This document shows, piece after piece, positions 12,359 to 25,990 of a stretch of 64,000 nucleotides of DNA. The notes under the pieces are model-generated. The model saw nothing but the letters and a program-made list of their open reading frames with translations, did no database searches and was not told where the DNA came from. The DNA lies in NCBI GenBank assembly GCA_026914245.1, contig CP110439.1:8060001-8124000 (forward strand), read 5' to 3'. The position numbers and the translations under genes were made by a program. Every line of letters starts with the position of its first letter. The stretch's first letter is position 1. The stretch comes from Puccinia triticina. Lineage: Eukaryota.

Positions 12359-12959
12359 CTTCGAGGGTGGTGGTGGTGGTGGTGTTGGTTGTGTTGGTTC
12401 TGGGTTGGTTTTGAGGTGTTTTGGTTGTTTCGGCGCTGGCTGGGACGATTCAGAGTGCGTTCCCCTGGGCGCACTGTTTCACTGGTTGGGATCATCCCCT
12501 GCCACTAACAAAACCACCCCACTTCTCACCCAGCCCGCCTGTGCTGGCCGTCGCCGTGAAGAGGGCTGCTCTTGAAAGCGCCTTCCCACTTCCAGAAGCG
12601 GCCTGGCCCATCCGACTGCCTCCTCCACCCCCTGCCCACCACACACACAACACAACACACCACAGGCACTTCAAAAACAAGCGCAACCAAGTCCTGGCTG
12701 AGCCACAACCCTTACTATGGTCTTTTTCCTGTTTCTGGTGCACCCGGCCGCCACACACAACCCAGCGGTGAAGTGTTGACGCCATGATCTCTGTGTAACG
12801 CGGCGAAGGCCGATCATCGTTGCACATCAACCGATCCCAATCCGCCATCATCTGGCTCTCCGCCCACCCGCGCTCCAGAGCCTGCTGGACTCCGCGCCCG
12901 GCCAGCCCGGCCTGTTCGCCCCCGCGAGCTCCTCCAGAGAGCCAAGCAGGCTGCACTCA

Positions 12960-14082
12960 GGGCCCCGTCCGAGCGGCGAGACGAGCAAGCCTGATGGGTG
13001 GCCTCGAGGCATCGTCCATCGGGAGCCCGACGATCTGCTGAAGCCCGACAGAATCAAGCGGATGCTCGCCGTGCTGGGCGCGGGGAGGGTGTCGGTGGGC
13101 CGGCTCGGGCTGGCGTCCGCCGAGACCGCCGTCTTCATCCCCCCCCCCGACAAGTCGATCGACCTCCTGCGCGACATATACACCGTGGCCAAGGAGGAGG
13201 AGCGCCGCCGAGCCGCCTCGCCAGCTCCGTTCTTCCACACTGCCATCCAGCCCCTCCTCCTCGTCGTCGTCCCATCCGTGACACGCTTGTTCCTTCCATC
13301 GTAGCCGGCGTCACCTTCGTGCCGTTCCAGGTCGAATTGAGTGGCGCCCCGCCCTCGAAGTCTTCCCGCTCACCCCCGACGACATCGACTTCGGACATTC
13401 TGACTGCCTCTCCGACGACGATCGATGACGTGGCGAATGCTGAAAGCGCGAGCGACGCCGCTGTCGGCTTCCTCGGCACGGCTCCGGCAGACCACGAGAC
13501 ATGCCATCCACACATGTTCCCCGGATGTCTGAGCAACATCGAGCCTGCGTCGTTCGCGCACGAGAGCTCGCCCGGCCTCCTGTCCGGCGAATACGGCGGG
13601 GATTCCTGGCCGACGACTCCCGATGCTTTCCACGCAAGCATGGCAGCGCCTCGCCAACCCAAGAGGTCGGGCCGAAGCGTTTTGGAGGACGTGGACTCGC
13701 TCAGTCGGCCGGCCGACTGCGGACACAGCGTCGCGCCCCCTCTGCACGCGTCGTTCAGCTGCGACCTCGGGGCGGCAAGCATGGACGGAGGCGGACGCCG
13801 CGTGCGCCCCCGATCGGCCGCTGTTCCCGGAGCGCTCGACGCACAAGAACAGCGCCTGGGCCGATGGCGGGGCGGTTTTCGGGATCGGGGGCGCCGGCGA
13901 ATGCGCGCAGAACTGGCGGCGAAACGGCGCGCTTCCGCCGACGGCTTTCGACGCCGCCGAGGCCCATTCTCAGGAGTCTTACTTGCTCTAGGCAGCGCTC
14001 ATGTATCTACCAACTCTTAAAAAAAAAAAAAAAAAAAAACGCAAAACAGATTGTTCGATTCGATTTGTCGGTCCAGATATAA
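12960..14082 (+). pseudogene. Disrupted DUF2841-like fungal gene
   Basis: GETSKPDGWPRGIVHREPDDLLKPDRIKRMLAVLG resembles the DUF2841 motif (KP.WWP..V.H.EPDHL.K..RI.L). Coding-like sequence switches frame around 13300 and no clear 5' part is visible. Confidence 0.45.
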
Positions 14083-14584
14083 CTCAGTGCCCTCTATGTA
14101 TATTCTCTCCAGATTCCAGATGATTTCGACTGATTCACAGAGAAGTTTTTTTGTATTGGGCCATGTTTCCGTGATCTTATGAGTCTGAGTGACCTCTTTT
14201 AGTAATGGGATAGCAACGCCTGAAGGAATGAACCTTGAATTATGACCTGTCTAGTCCAGCTAAGAATATTCCTAAAGATTTGACACAGAACATCTTGTTT
14301 GGATCCCTCTCACTGTTGATCAGGGAACTCCAGGAATACTGATGAGACCATCTCGGAGTCACCAACAACGAGAGCCCTCTGAGAAAGCTCATGTCTGCCA
14401 TTGCCGCCTATTTATATGCAGAGATTGCACCCTGCTTTACTGTCTATGAGCAACCCATATCGCCAGGTGTAACGGGCAATATGGTCGAAGGGTTGCCTTA
14501 TCCTGAGTGAGGATCCGGTACCTAGTCTGTCCTTCGCCCGGGGGCGCGAGCTGAGCCGGGTGATCCTGAGATAGTCATTGCGGG

Positions 14585-16597
14585 CCGGTCTGTGCCTTGT
14601 TGGGCCGGATGGACACCCAAAGGTGTTTCTGTATCACCGCCGCCGACCAATCACAGCTCGCCGGACCGCTGTTTGACTCCCTTTTTATCATCCCCGCGCA
14701 CTCCAAGGCTGTCACTAGGCCGGTCTGGAAGGGAATCGCGCCTGAGATCGCCATCTTATCCAGCCATCTCGCCGCAAGTGCCCGGTTTGAAATGAAATTG
14801 ACCTCTCTTTTGGCCAGCTACTTCGAGGTGGCGCTCTCGAGATCCACGCGACTGCAAGCTACTGGAACCACTAGTGGATTTTGTGAGGATACGGTGGCTG
14901 AAGATAGGGTCGTGATCCCCATATAAGGAGCATCAACTCCGTCGGCTGCACTCATTCCCCATCCAACCATCCACACTTCTTCACAACACAAACTACCAAC
15001 CTCGAATCAATCTCTCCAAGATTCAACTTCACCAAAATCAACCAAACCCCCAAGCATTCTCCGAATACATCCCAGCTCGCGCCACATCAATCTTCCCAGT
15101 TTCTGATTACTCAGGTTTCGGAACTCATCCGCAGTCTATAAGCTTGCATCATCTCCTTTGCCTCCTTGGAACCAATCCAGTGAGTTCAAATTGGTCCAGC
15201 CTCTTTCAGAAGGTGAGAAACAATTTTTACTAACTGCTTTCTTTGCCATTAACAGTATTCATTTTTCAAGATGATGACCAACTCCCCACACACCACCTAC
15301 TTCTCTTTCCCTGCCTACGAGAGCCACTTCGTCAGCGAGGTAGAAGCGGAACCCGCCCCAGTCACCCCAACACTCTCCCAAAAAGCGCTCGAGCCAATGG
15401 TCGACTACGCGACCGAAACCTACCCAATCATCCAGCGGGATGGACGTCTCGAGGCCGAAATCGAGCTCATACTGTACCTGGCCGGAGCCACTTCGCCCTC
15501 TGCTGGGCGGAAAGCCGCCCCGCTGTACTCCCAGTCCTCATCTTCCAACAGCTCCATCATCTCATCCTCTTCTTCCTTGATCAAATCCATCAAGAGCTGG
15601 TGTCGGTTCAGTTAGGCCCACAAATAACGGCAACGCAAAACGACCAAATATCATCTCGCGGATATGGACGGCACTAACCCGTGCGGACCCAGCAAACCAT
15701 GCTGAGACCCTTTACATGACCATCATATTTGAAGTCTCGATCCTCTCCCAGCCTCCAAGAAAAGCTCTCTTCTCGCCTCTCCAAGCGACGGATACTCATC
15801 AAGGAAATCCAAGCAGCACAGAGAGACAGCGCAGTGTTGACCCAACTTTATCGTACCCATCTTGGACAACTTGGCATCAAGCCTCCAAACCCAGCAACTC
15901 TTCACAAGCTCGCTGAATCATATTCAGTCCTACTGTTATCCTCATCTGTGATGACCCGGTGTTCCGAAGCCGACGCATCAAGCAATCTGTTATCATCTTT
16001 CCTCACAACCTCTGGGGTCCATCAAGTAATCTGTCGTCGTCCTTCCCGCCACTGTCCAGTCTGTTTTTCTATCCTCGTACTTGGTCAATAAACCAAATCG
16101 GAACCATCAGCCTCTCCTGAATCTCTGTACCTTACAGTCTCTGTCAACATCTTGTCCCAATATCTGTATTCCCAAGTTTTTCATTCCATCATTAGTTTAT
16201 ACGCCCAAAGATTCAACTAGACTATCTTATCTGTCAAAGACATTCCATCCTGGTTATTTTCCGTATTTTTATTAGTGTTGTTTGTTGTTGCATCAGTTTG
16301 TATTAGTACAGTCCTGACCAGTCCGTTAATAAAGCATAGTTTTGACCACAAAATTAACCCTATTAGCTCCCTTGGCAATTGCCATCTTGAGGATTGACTC
16401 CTGCTGCCGCTCACCACCATGAATGTTGATTCAGCTTCACTAAAGCCAGTGCCGCGAAGCGGTTTTGGGATATGTGCTGCAATTCGCTGCTGCACAGCGG
16501 TTGGCCGCCATTGCTTCAGCCTGTTGGGCCTAGGGCCGCTTTTCATTTCAGATTGACGCGCTGATTTAGCGCTAATAGCGCGCTTCCTGCAACCCAA
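14585..16597 (+). repeat. Segmental duplication unit A (about 2 kb)
   Basis: Colinear and highly similar to ~24270-26450 and ~27810-29921, including the upstream region, gene and 3' region. Confidence 0.9.
15271..15916 (+). CDS. Orphan Ser/Pro-rich protein, copy A (114 aa unspliced, about 188 aa if intron 15611-15692 is removed)
   Basis: ORF intact in all three copies with many synonymous differences. Upstream TATAAG (~14922) and a GT...CTAAC...AG 5'UTR intron (~15212-15254). The gttagg...ctaac...ccag intron joins in frame to ORF 15716-15916. Confidence 0.7.
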
Positions 16598-18828
16598 TCT
16601 TTAAGCCTGTGGGTGCCCGATGGACAGCCCGCGCCGACCCGAGCCGTTTAGTGAATTAAACAGGCCGGGCCAAAGTACAACATTTTCACAAAAGCGCTGT
16701 CCACGCCCGGCCGGGTTAGGCGGCCCAATTTCCAACTCTAGTTCTTGTATAGCCAGTTCTCAAAGAACGAGTCGGATGATGTAGAAATGACAGGTGTTGT
16801 TTTCCCCATTTTGTCACTTAAACGGGAAAATCGAGCAACACCCGGATCTTGAAGGGAATGCTGTCAATAGATACCTTCATTCAACGCGCCGTCATGATCA
16901 AGAGAAGTACCTCGTCGCCAACGCATTTGCTTTGTCACTAACACCGGTGGCCGTTCCCTGTTGGATGAATACTATGACTCGAGGAGTTTTGACAGTTCAT
17001 TAAAAATAGCTGCTCCATGACTTCGGCCGGGTCGATTATGCCGGTCCCAACAAAGCTTCCACCGGCACACCCCTTGGCCCCGCGGAACAGATAACGCCAG
17101 ATATCCGCAAGCATCCGTGCGCCCGATTGCGTCTCGCGTCAACGCGTTTATAAAGTGATTGATCGTCCCGGCCTTCACGTCACGAAGATTAAAGTCCAGT
17201 GGGGCGCACTCCGGGGTAACATCGGGTCGTGTTGACGATGCAACTCCTCGGTGGCCCGTGCAAGACTGCCAATCGCGGGCCTCCCTGCAAGATATCATGA
17301 CAAGAAGCGCGCCCGGATATTCGACGAGAAACAGCTGAACAAGAGGGAGAAGATGTCATCCTGGATGGTTTAGGGTCCAAGAGTAAGTGAAACAAGAAGC
17401 CTGGCGAATTGTCCAAGAAGCTGGCGACTGACACTGGCCCTGGTGTGATTGAGCGCGGGCTGGGCCCACTGCAGCCGGAGCAAGCTCGCCGAAGCATGGT
17501 GCTGGGATGGTTGGGTGGGATGTTGTTTGTTTGAGAACGCTGACTATGCTGATCACTCAAGAAGTCGGCAGCCTTGAGAAAGGCGTAGCAACCACCAACC
17601 TTGAGCCCAGGGCGGACCATGCCCATCTAAAACAATATCTATCTGATGTACATCACAGCCTTAACTGACCCCAGTGGCAGATGTCGTTACTAAAGTGAAT
17701 TTGAGCACGCGGCTCATTCCCTGTGTTTCTGCAGACGATGACAGAACATTCTCACAAAACACTAGTAAATGTTCAAGTTATTATCAGTCCTTATAATTCC
17801 TCGCATCAGTTCGCATGTTCTGGTCCCTTTGATTCTTTCTTTTGAGTCGTGAGTTGCCCAACATAAACATTTGCCAAAATGAAGAAAACCGTGACCGTGT
17901 GGACTATGATTGATCAGGCAACCATCCACATTAGTGTCAAGTAGCGTGTTCCGCACAGTTCCCTCAGCACAACATGCTAAAAGTTGATATTTAGTCAAGG
18001 CATCCACCTCCTTCACAAGAGGGACTCACTTTCCTTTTTGGAATGCTTATCGCAATTGAGATCACATGTGCAGGCCTAGTCTGCGCGGCGGAGACACGCT
18101 ACCGTGAGGTCATTAGAGCCCACAAAGCTGCAGTACTACCTGGCACCAAATATGGGCCGAAGAAAATAAAGGCAAGTAGCAAGTGTTCGCAGCAACACAA
18201 GTTACAAAACGCATGTACAGGTGCCCAAACGGCATTGCAACCGGTTTGTCGATGTAGGGCAGGTTTTCTTGGAAAATTTTGATTGAAAAGCTCAACAATT
18301 AGTGAAACCGGGGAATGTTGATGCTCAATTTTGAGCATGACCCTGAAATAACTGGTCCAACAAGCCTTTCTAGACCTACTACGCAGAATTTTTCCTTAAG
18401 GCTTGTAGAAATAGAAATACGTGGTGCGGTGAATGAAACACTTTTAAGATATCAATCTAAATTGACAGAAGCACCGCTACTTACTGGCAGGAAAAGTCTC
18501 CTCAGGAGAAAGGGCTCAGCCGTTAGGCCGTTGCTAGGTGTTTACACGCGCCTTCCTTTCAAACCTTAAAGAACCGCGACGATATGTGCTCTTGATTTAG
18601 TAGAGGCTGAGTGCTGCTGAGCAATCAGCCTGTGAAGCTGCCGCATTGTGTTTATTATTTAAACCGAGTCATCCCCCCAGAGAAAATTCAGTCCCTCCCC
18701 CACTTCATCCCTAGCGAAGAGCAGCACACTCTAGAATCAACGAATCTCCAATAGCTATCTCCATACCTGGTTTCCACTTCTTCTCTACCGCTCCACCACA
18801 TCCATAAATACTTTTTCAACACCAAAAA

Positions 18829-19577
18829 ATGCCTTTGTTCAAGGGGAAGATGCGCGAGGAGGAGGACTCAGACTCAGACGAATCCTTCCATTGTTGCGGA
18901 AGGCCAGAGGACCTCCTTGAAGAATTCCGCTCCTTGGTGGAAGCTCCCAAGCCAGATGGGAATGAGGTACGCGTCCCCGACGACCAGGACTACTACCTCT
19001 ATTCCGCCGGCCTTGAACGACTGAACTCGCCCAGCAATGAGCCAACCCACGGCTCACTTTCTTCCACTCGCAACTTCCAACGGGCTCCAACCGTCTACTC
19101 CTCTGATTCCGGCCACACTCGGTTCGGAAGTACTCTCCTCATCATCAAAACTGACGAGGTAGTCTCGCCATCCTCTTCGCCCCAGATGACGTAAGTAGTC
19201 CTGGAAATTCTATGGGCCTTTCCTGGGGCCACCCTCCGCGATGAAGTTTTCCAGATTTTAATCAGTTTGGCTTTTTGCGTTATAGGAATGTTCGAGTCCA
19301 ACTGGTCAAACCGAGCCAGCCTTCCAGGCCAAGGAAGACGTCAAAATGGAAGATTCAACTTCATCGGCCCAGCAATTCTCTTCGCATGGCCATCAGCCCA
19401 GCCGATGATCGCCCGCCAAGCCCCGATCTTTCGACGCCCCAATCCTCAGCTCTCCAAGGTACTCCGCCATCAACATCGTCTCTTCGTCGGCGGGGAATGG
19501 TTTTTACTCCGACCAGCCTTCCTGAGCAACTGAAGGAATTGGCTGAGACTGAAAAGTCAGATGGCAGTGGTACTTGA
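18829..19577 (+). CDS. Hypothetical two-exon protein (about 218 aa, Ser/Pro-rich)
   Basis: ORF 18829-19190 joins through intron gtaagt...tatag (19191-19285) in frame to ORF 19275-19577. Confidence 0.65.
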
Positions 19578-20186
19578 ATACACGGCCCAGCAGCTCTTTG
19601 AAAATTTTTATTCACCCTACCACTCTTTTATATTCTGGTGTTCTGTTCTACTCTCTCTAGCCACCATGTCACTCTTTCATATCTTTCTGTTCTGTTCTAT
19701 TTAAAAACCATGCCTCTCTTTCATATTTTGGTTTCATGTTCTGCTCTCTTTAACATCCAACTGAAGTTGTCCCTTGTACCATCAGTGTTCTACTATATGT
19801 TACCTTCAAATTTGTGTGGCTTCAATCACTATATACCGTTGAAATGAGTAAAAAATTACGCCATTCTTGTCTCCCTCTCTCAGTAATTTTGATATTGAAG
19901 AGCAAATTATTCATAAATTTTGTTGCGCTGAGCTGTGAAAGTATGAAGGCCAACGTCCAAGATCTGGTGTGCCTCGGACTCATCTGATGAAATTCTTTTG
20001 CGCTCCAAGCTCATCACATCAGAAAGAGACAACCCTGGGCGAGTCATATTACACGGCTGAGACAATAGGCTGGTCTGCAGGGAAGGAGGTAAAGAGGCCC
20101 TTCTTCCCTTTTCTTGGACTGATCCAGTTGTATTGGTCGGAGAGGAAGAAGCAGAGAAATCCTCTTGGACCAATACAATAGACCGG

Positions 20187-21087
20187 TGTGGTAGACGGAA
20201 AAGTGAAAAATCAAAAGTTTTTTCCTTGTTGATAGATTTACTCATACTGGGCCTCAAGATACCACCAAATGGACCCCAGAAATGGATTCTATGACTAATT
20301 TTACCCCTAGTCTCCACTAAAGACGTCACTGCAGCCCCTCTGGATTGGAACCTACACTTCCTTGGACAATGGACACCCATCACACATTCAACATACCCAG
20401 TCACCAGCCTGTCACAAGCCTCAAGTCAAGGATCACAGTATTATGCTTATAAACATCACAGGATACAAGCATACATCTCCCCATCAGACTATAGTCATCA
20501 CATAGTATCAAGTACTCTTCTATTTCCATATTATGATGTCATCACGCACTGATTCTGCAGCCTCAGACTTCATTTATGCACCCCCTGCATCCACCTGTCA
20601 ACTTATGCAGTCTACTGTCACTTTACGCAGCCTTCATGCGGCCCTACTGCATTCTTATGACATCATTGATGTACCCCTGACACATTATGACATCATTTGT
20701 ATCTACTCTCACCAGCTAAAATCCCTCACCCTGTTGTCTAGATTAGTTGAAACCCTAACCCACAAGCCCTCTGGGGCTCCACTTCTGTCTATATAAGGAG
20801 CTCTCTCCTCCCCAGTTGTCAGCTCCTCAGTTCATCACTCACCAATCACAGTCACCCCAACATTCACCCTTACCAATTATAACCAACCCTTATATAAATC
20901 ATCAGCTCTATACCTTGTCAATCAAACAACTCATCTTGAGCCAACCTACCCTATCACTTGATTAAAACTTGCCAAGCATAGCTTTGTGGGTCTTGTTGAC
21001 TGATAGCATAGAAGGGCAGAGTTTGCACCTCCATCATCCCCTTCTCCATTCAGCAAAAGTTTCTCGGGAACACTTTTGAGTCTTACA
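20187..21087 (+). mobile_element. Solo LTR 1 (901 bp)
   Basis: TGTGGTAG...GAGTCTTACA termini, 4-bp TSD CCGG on both sides, internal TATATAAG, homologous to 22461-23296. Confidence 0.88.
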
Positions 21088-21333
21088 CCGGCCCAAGGGT
21101 TTGAAGGAGGAGAGAGCTCCTCTCGGAGAGATCTTGTTTGCCGGTCCGAGACTACAAGATTAGTGATTCACTAAGCCAGCTCACTCGTCTCCACCTAAGG
21201 CTTATTTACATATTCATAGGTGTAACAACTGGATAAACATTGATGATGAAAAGGCTGAAATGCTGGTGATCTCATCCAGACAGCAACTGCAGTGAGAGAT
21301 GTTTTTGGCCTTGAGTTGCCAAACTTGGGATAA

Positions 21334-21581
21334 GGCCCCAATTATAAACACTTTTTTGAGATATTTTTGAAACGTTTTTGAAAATGAACTGAAAAGTTTT
21401 TGAAAACAAAATGAAAACATTTTTTTTCCAAAAATGGTTCAAACACACCTCCTGAGTGTATTTGAGTGCATCTGCAATATTTTTGAAATTAAAAAGATTT
21501 CAAAAAAAAGTTCAATTTCTTTTTTGGGCAAGTTCAAAAACTTTTCGAAAATATCTCAAAAAAGTGTTTATAATTGGGGCC
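21334..21581. mobile_element. PIF/Harbinger (Tourist-like) MITE
   Basis: TIR over 30 bp GGCCCCAATTATAAACACTTTTTTGAGATATTTT, 3-bp TSD TAA on both sides. Confidence 0.9.
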
Positions 21582-21699
21582 TAAATCACTCGGCACGGGA
21601 CAGAGAAAAAAACCGTGCGCAAATCTGACGTCCCTCCTGCCAAGGGCTGTCTGAGGCTTGCTTTGCAAGACACACGCCCACAGCAGAGGGACTTTTAAG

Positions 21700-21857
21700 T
21701 TTGCTTGTCCAAGCAGTTTTCAGCTAAAGATTGATCCGACAAGTTTGGCAGTCCAAACCCAGCAGAAAGCGGATCTGGGCGGACAAAATCTGTCCAAAAG
21801 CTGCTTGGGCAAAACTGTCCGGCTAGCTAATTTCTGCAGTGCTTGTTGAAGACAGAC
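21700..21857. repeat. Dispersed ~155-bp repeat (second copy ~27637-27793)
   Basis: gcttgtccaagc...ggcagtccaaacccagcaga...ccaaaagctgcttgg...gctaatttctgc.gtgct.gttgaagacaga is shared by both sites. Confidence 0.75.
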
Positions 21858-22460
21858 TACCCCTAGCCTAACTAAGCCTCTTGAACTGTGTGGTGACCAT
21901 ACTCGTGGCGCTGCAGGCGCGCAGGATTTCCGGCCAGACTTCAAGCTCAGCAAACTTCAAGATCTAACGCGCAGAATTGAAGCTAATCAGCGCGCTTTGG
22001 CGGCAGAACCCTCAAGGCGTCTCAGGATCAAGAAGGCCACGTGTCCTCCCTTGTGTTGCTCTGTTCTTTTTCTGTTCTTTTTTCTTTTTTCTCTTTCTTT
22101 TCCTTGCTTCTGACCCACTTTGCCTTTTGTTTCTATATGCGCATGTTGGAGAGGCCATGTTATGTGGGGGGTTGGCTGTTTCTGTTTTGTCTTAGGTTGT
22201 TTTTTTTCTTTGTTTTGTTGGGTTGGTTTTCTTCTTTTCCTCTCTCCTCTTTTGTTGTTGTTGCGCGCGCGTGCGTGCAGGTGTATGATGACCTGTCCGC
22301 AGGTGTCACAACCCCAAAAGTCTGAGTTCAGATCGAACTCAGATGATGGGGCAGCATGGACTTCGTCTGAACCATAAGGAAATATCCCAGATCATCCATC
22401 AACCTCAAGAATCCTGAATCCAAAGCTTATTGATCCGATTGTTTGCCGATATACTTGCGG

Positions 22461-23296
22461 TGTGGTAGATGGAAAAGTGAAAAATCAAAAGTTTTTTCTC
22501 ATACATATATTTACTTGTAATACGCCTCAAGATACCATCAAACAGACCTCAGAAATGGATTCTACGGCCAATTTTACCCCTAGTCACCACTGGAAGCATC
22601 ACCAGAACCCCGCTGGATCGGGACCTAGACTTCTTTGGACACTGGACACCAATCACATGTTCAACATACCCAGTCACCAACCTGTCACAAGATTTAAGAC
22701 AAGGATCACAGCATTATGCTTATACACATCAAAGGATACAAACATACATCTCCCCATCAGACTACATTCATTACATATTATCAATCTACTGTCACTTTAG
22801 GCAGCCTTCATGCGGCCCTACTGCATTCTTATGACATCATTTATGTACCCCTGACACATTATGACATCATTTGTATCTACTCTCACCAGCTAAAATCCCT
22901 CACACTGTTGTTTAGATTAGTTGAAACCCTAACCCACAAGCCCTCTGGGGCTCCACTTTTTGTCTATATAAGGAGCTCTCTCCTTACCAGTTGTCAGCTC
23001 CTCAGCTCAGTACTCACCAGTTATTTACATACCACCCTTCCCACTTACCATCACCACCACACATCACTACATCCCATATATTTGCAAATAACTACTGAAC
23101 TCACTCTCAAAATCTCACATACCTGTCATTGAACAACTTCATCTGGAATTAGACCAGACCTATCACTTGATTAAAACCTGCCAAGCATAGCTTGGTGGGT
23201 CTTGTTGACTGATAGCATAGAAGGGCAGAGTTTGCACCTCCATCATCCCCTTCTCCATTCAGCAAAAGGGTTTCACAACCACTTTTGAGTCTTACA
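22461..23296 (+). mobile_element. Solo LTR 2 (836 bp), same family as solo LTR 1
   Basis: TGTGGTAG...GAGTCTTACA termini, 4-bp TSD GCGG on both sides. Confidence 0.88.
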
Positions 23297-23619
23297 GCGG
23301 AGCTTCTGAGTTCATCCTCTCAGCCCCGTGTCAATCTCCTTCTAGATTCCCTTCCTTTAGATCACTTTCCCGGCTTTCTTTGTTCCCAGATACTCAACAC
23401 CAAAACCACCGCCAACGGAAATCTACTTTCCGTCATCTCTGACAAAAATCCCTCTCCCCAAAACGCTATCCATTTGAATCCCAGATCCCTCACTTTCCCG
23501 GACCACCGTGAAGGCAGCGCACGGCGCACTTTCCCTTCCAGTAACTGCCAATGGCCCAGCACCGGTCGGAGTTCCACAACGGAGGGGGGGACACCCGCGT
23601 CCCAAAGGGACTCTCCTTA

Positions 23620-24133
23620 GGAGGGGCTTATGACTAATGTTGTAATTTTGGCTTGAGGGTTTGGGTTGTTTGTGGCTTTCTAGCCATATTTCTTCTTTTT
23701 CCCCTCACACAACAAAAACTGTTCCAACCCGGGTGAAGCTATGAAGGGGTGGAACAGCCAAGCTTCTTGGCTTCCAGTTCCTGTCCTCAAAGTGAAAATC
23801 TGTTGCACAAGCTGGATTGGGCAAGACATCTAAAACAGAGCTTGGTTCCTGGGGATTGAATTGAATACTGTACTGTTTTTCAATACATTCACATGATACA
23901 GCTCAGAATGACCTTCAAAACCAAAAGTTTGAAGGAGCATGGAAAGAGAAGGGTTGGGTTCTCAGGGATGAGTGTAGCGTCAAAAGATGGGGAAGAACCA
24001 GAGGATTCTCATGGTCCAAAGGGCGTGTGTGGGGCTGTTTGGAAACAAGGTCAAAATTGGAATGGCACAAATCCCCCACCAAAAGGCCACAAACCCTCAG
24101 GCCAAAATGTGGACATTAGTCCCAAGTCCCTCC
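23620..24133. mobile_element. Degenerate MITE, possibly Harbinger-type
   Basis: Imperfect ~45-bp TIR ggaggggcttatgactaatgttgtaattttggcttgagggtttg vs rc ggagggacttgggactaatgtccacattttggcctgagggtttg, flanked by TTA/TTC. Confidence 0.6.
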
Positions 24134-25224
24134 TTCGGAGGTTGCGCTTCGCGCCAGCCCAGGCTGTACCAGGGCCCTCCAATGTGGGGGACTTGTGTTA
24201 AGTTAGAGACTACCCGCAGCTCGACACCAGCTACGCCGAATGATCAAGATTTGTGCGTAGTTGACAGTCAAACGGAAGCCGCAGATCCCTGCGCAGAGCG
24301 ATTTCCTTAGGAAATGGGGCGGCTTCGCCACTAGCGCCTGTGCGACACACCGAGCCTCCACCAGGTGGCAGGGACTGGTGAGGTTGCGGATCAACTGCCC
24401 TCTACTGCACAGTGCAACTTTGCCGCAGGTCGCTGCGTGTTATCCTTCGCCCGGAACTTGAAGCACGAGCTGGCCCGGGTGGTCCTGACAAGGCAGAATA
24501 GCTCTTTGGAGCCAGTGGACCGGTGGACCAGTGCACCGGTCTGTGCCTTCATGTGCCGGATGGACACCCAAAGGCATTTCTGCATCACCGCCGCCAACCA
24601 ATCACAGCTTGTCGGACGGCTCTTTGACTCCCTTTTCATCATTCCGTCGAGCCCGCGCACTCCAAGGCACTAGGCCGGTCTGGGAGGAAATCGCCCCCGA
24701 GATCTCCATCCTATCCAGCCATCTCGCCGCCAGTAGCCGGTTTGAAATAAAATTAACCTCTATTTTGGCCAGCTACCTGAGATGGCGCTCTCGAGATCCA
24801 CGCGACTGCAAGCTACTGGAACCACTAGTGGATTTTTTGAGAATACGTTGACTGAAGATATGGTCGTGATCCCCATAAAAGGAGCATCAACTCCTTCGGT
24901 TGCACTCATTCCCCATCCAAACATCCACACTTTTTCACAACACAAACTACCAACCTCGAATCCATCTTACCAAGATTCAACTTCACCAACTCAACCAAAC
25001 CCCCAAGCATTCTTCAAAAACATCCCAGCTCGCGCCACATCAATCTTCCCAGTTTTTGATTCCTCAGATTTCGAAACTCATCCGCAGTCTGAAAGCTTGC
25101 ATCATCTCTTTTGCCCCCTTAACCAATCCAGTAAGTTCAAATTGGTTCGGCCTCTTTCAGAAGTTTATCAAAAACAATTATAACTAACTGATTTCTTTGC
25201 AATTAACAGTATTCATTTTTCAAG

Positions 25225-25990
25225 ATGATGACCAACTCCCCACACACCACCTACTTCTCTTTCCCCGCCTACGAGAGCCACTTCGTCAGCGAGGCAGAAG
25301 AGGAACCCACCCCAGTCACACCAACACTCTCCCAAAAAGCGCTTGAGCCAATGGTTGACTACGCGGCTGAAACCTACCCCATCATCCAGCGGGATGGACG
25401 CCTCGAGGCTGAAATCGAGCTCATACTTTACCTAGCCGGAGCCAGTTCGGCCCCTGCTGGGGGGAAAGCCGCCTCGCTATACTCGCAGTCCTCATCTTCC
25501 AACAGCTCCATCATCTCATCCTCTTATTCCTTGTTCAAATCCATCAAGAGCTGGTGTCGGTTCCGTTAGGCTCACAAAGAACGGCAAACCGAAAGAACCA
25601 ATCATCTTCTCGCGGATATGCACGGCACTAACCCGTGCGGACCCAGAAAACCATGCTGAGGCCCTTTCTATGACCACCATATCTGAAGTCTCGATACTCT
25701 CCCAGCCTCCAAGAAAATCTCTCTTCTCGCCTCTGCACGCGACGGATACTCATCAAGGGATTCCAAGCAGCACAGAGAGACCATGCACTATCAAGATTAT
25801 CAAAACAATCCAAAAGCTCGCTGAATCATATTCAGTGCTAGTGTTATCCTCATCTGTGATGACCCAGTGCTTCGCAGCCGACGCACCAAGCAATTTGTTA
25901 TCAATTTTCCTCACACCGTCTGGCCCATCAACCAATCTGCCTGTCTGGCCCATCAAGCAATCTGTCGTCGTCCTTCCCGTTACTGTTTAG
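25225..25990 (+). CDS. Orphan protein, copy B
   Basis: 114-aa ORF 25225-25569. The conserved intron 25565-25646 joins in frame to ORF 25670-25990, whose C-terminus differs from copy A after an indel. Confidence 0.65.

Noticed and set aside
14164..14578. Possible solo LTR (TG...CA, TATAAAT on the minus strand)
   Set aside because: No matching TSD and no second copy in the window.
20187..23296. Single LTR element or TRIM bounded by the two LTRs
   Set aside because: The outer flanks (CCGG vs GCGG) do not match, while each LTR has its own TSD.
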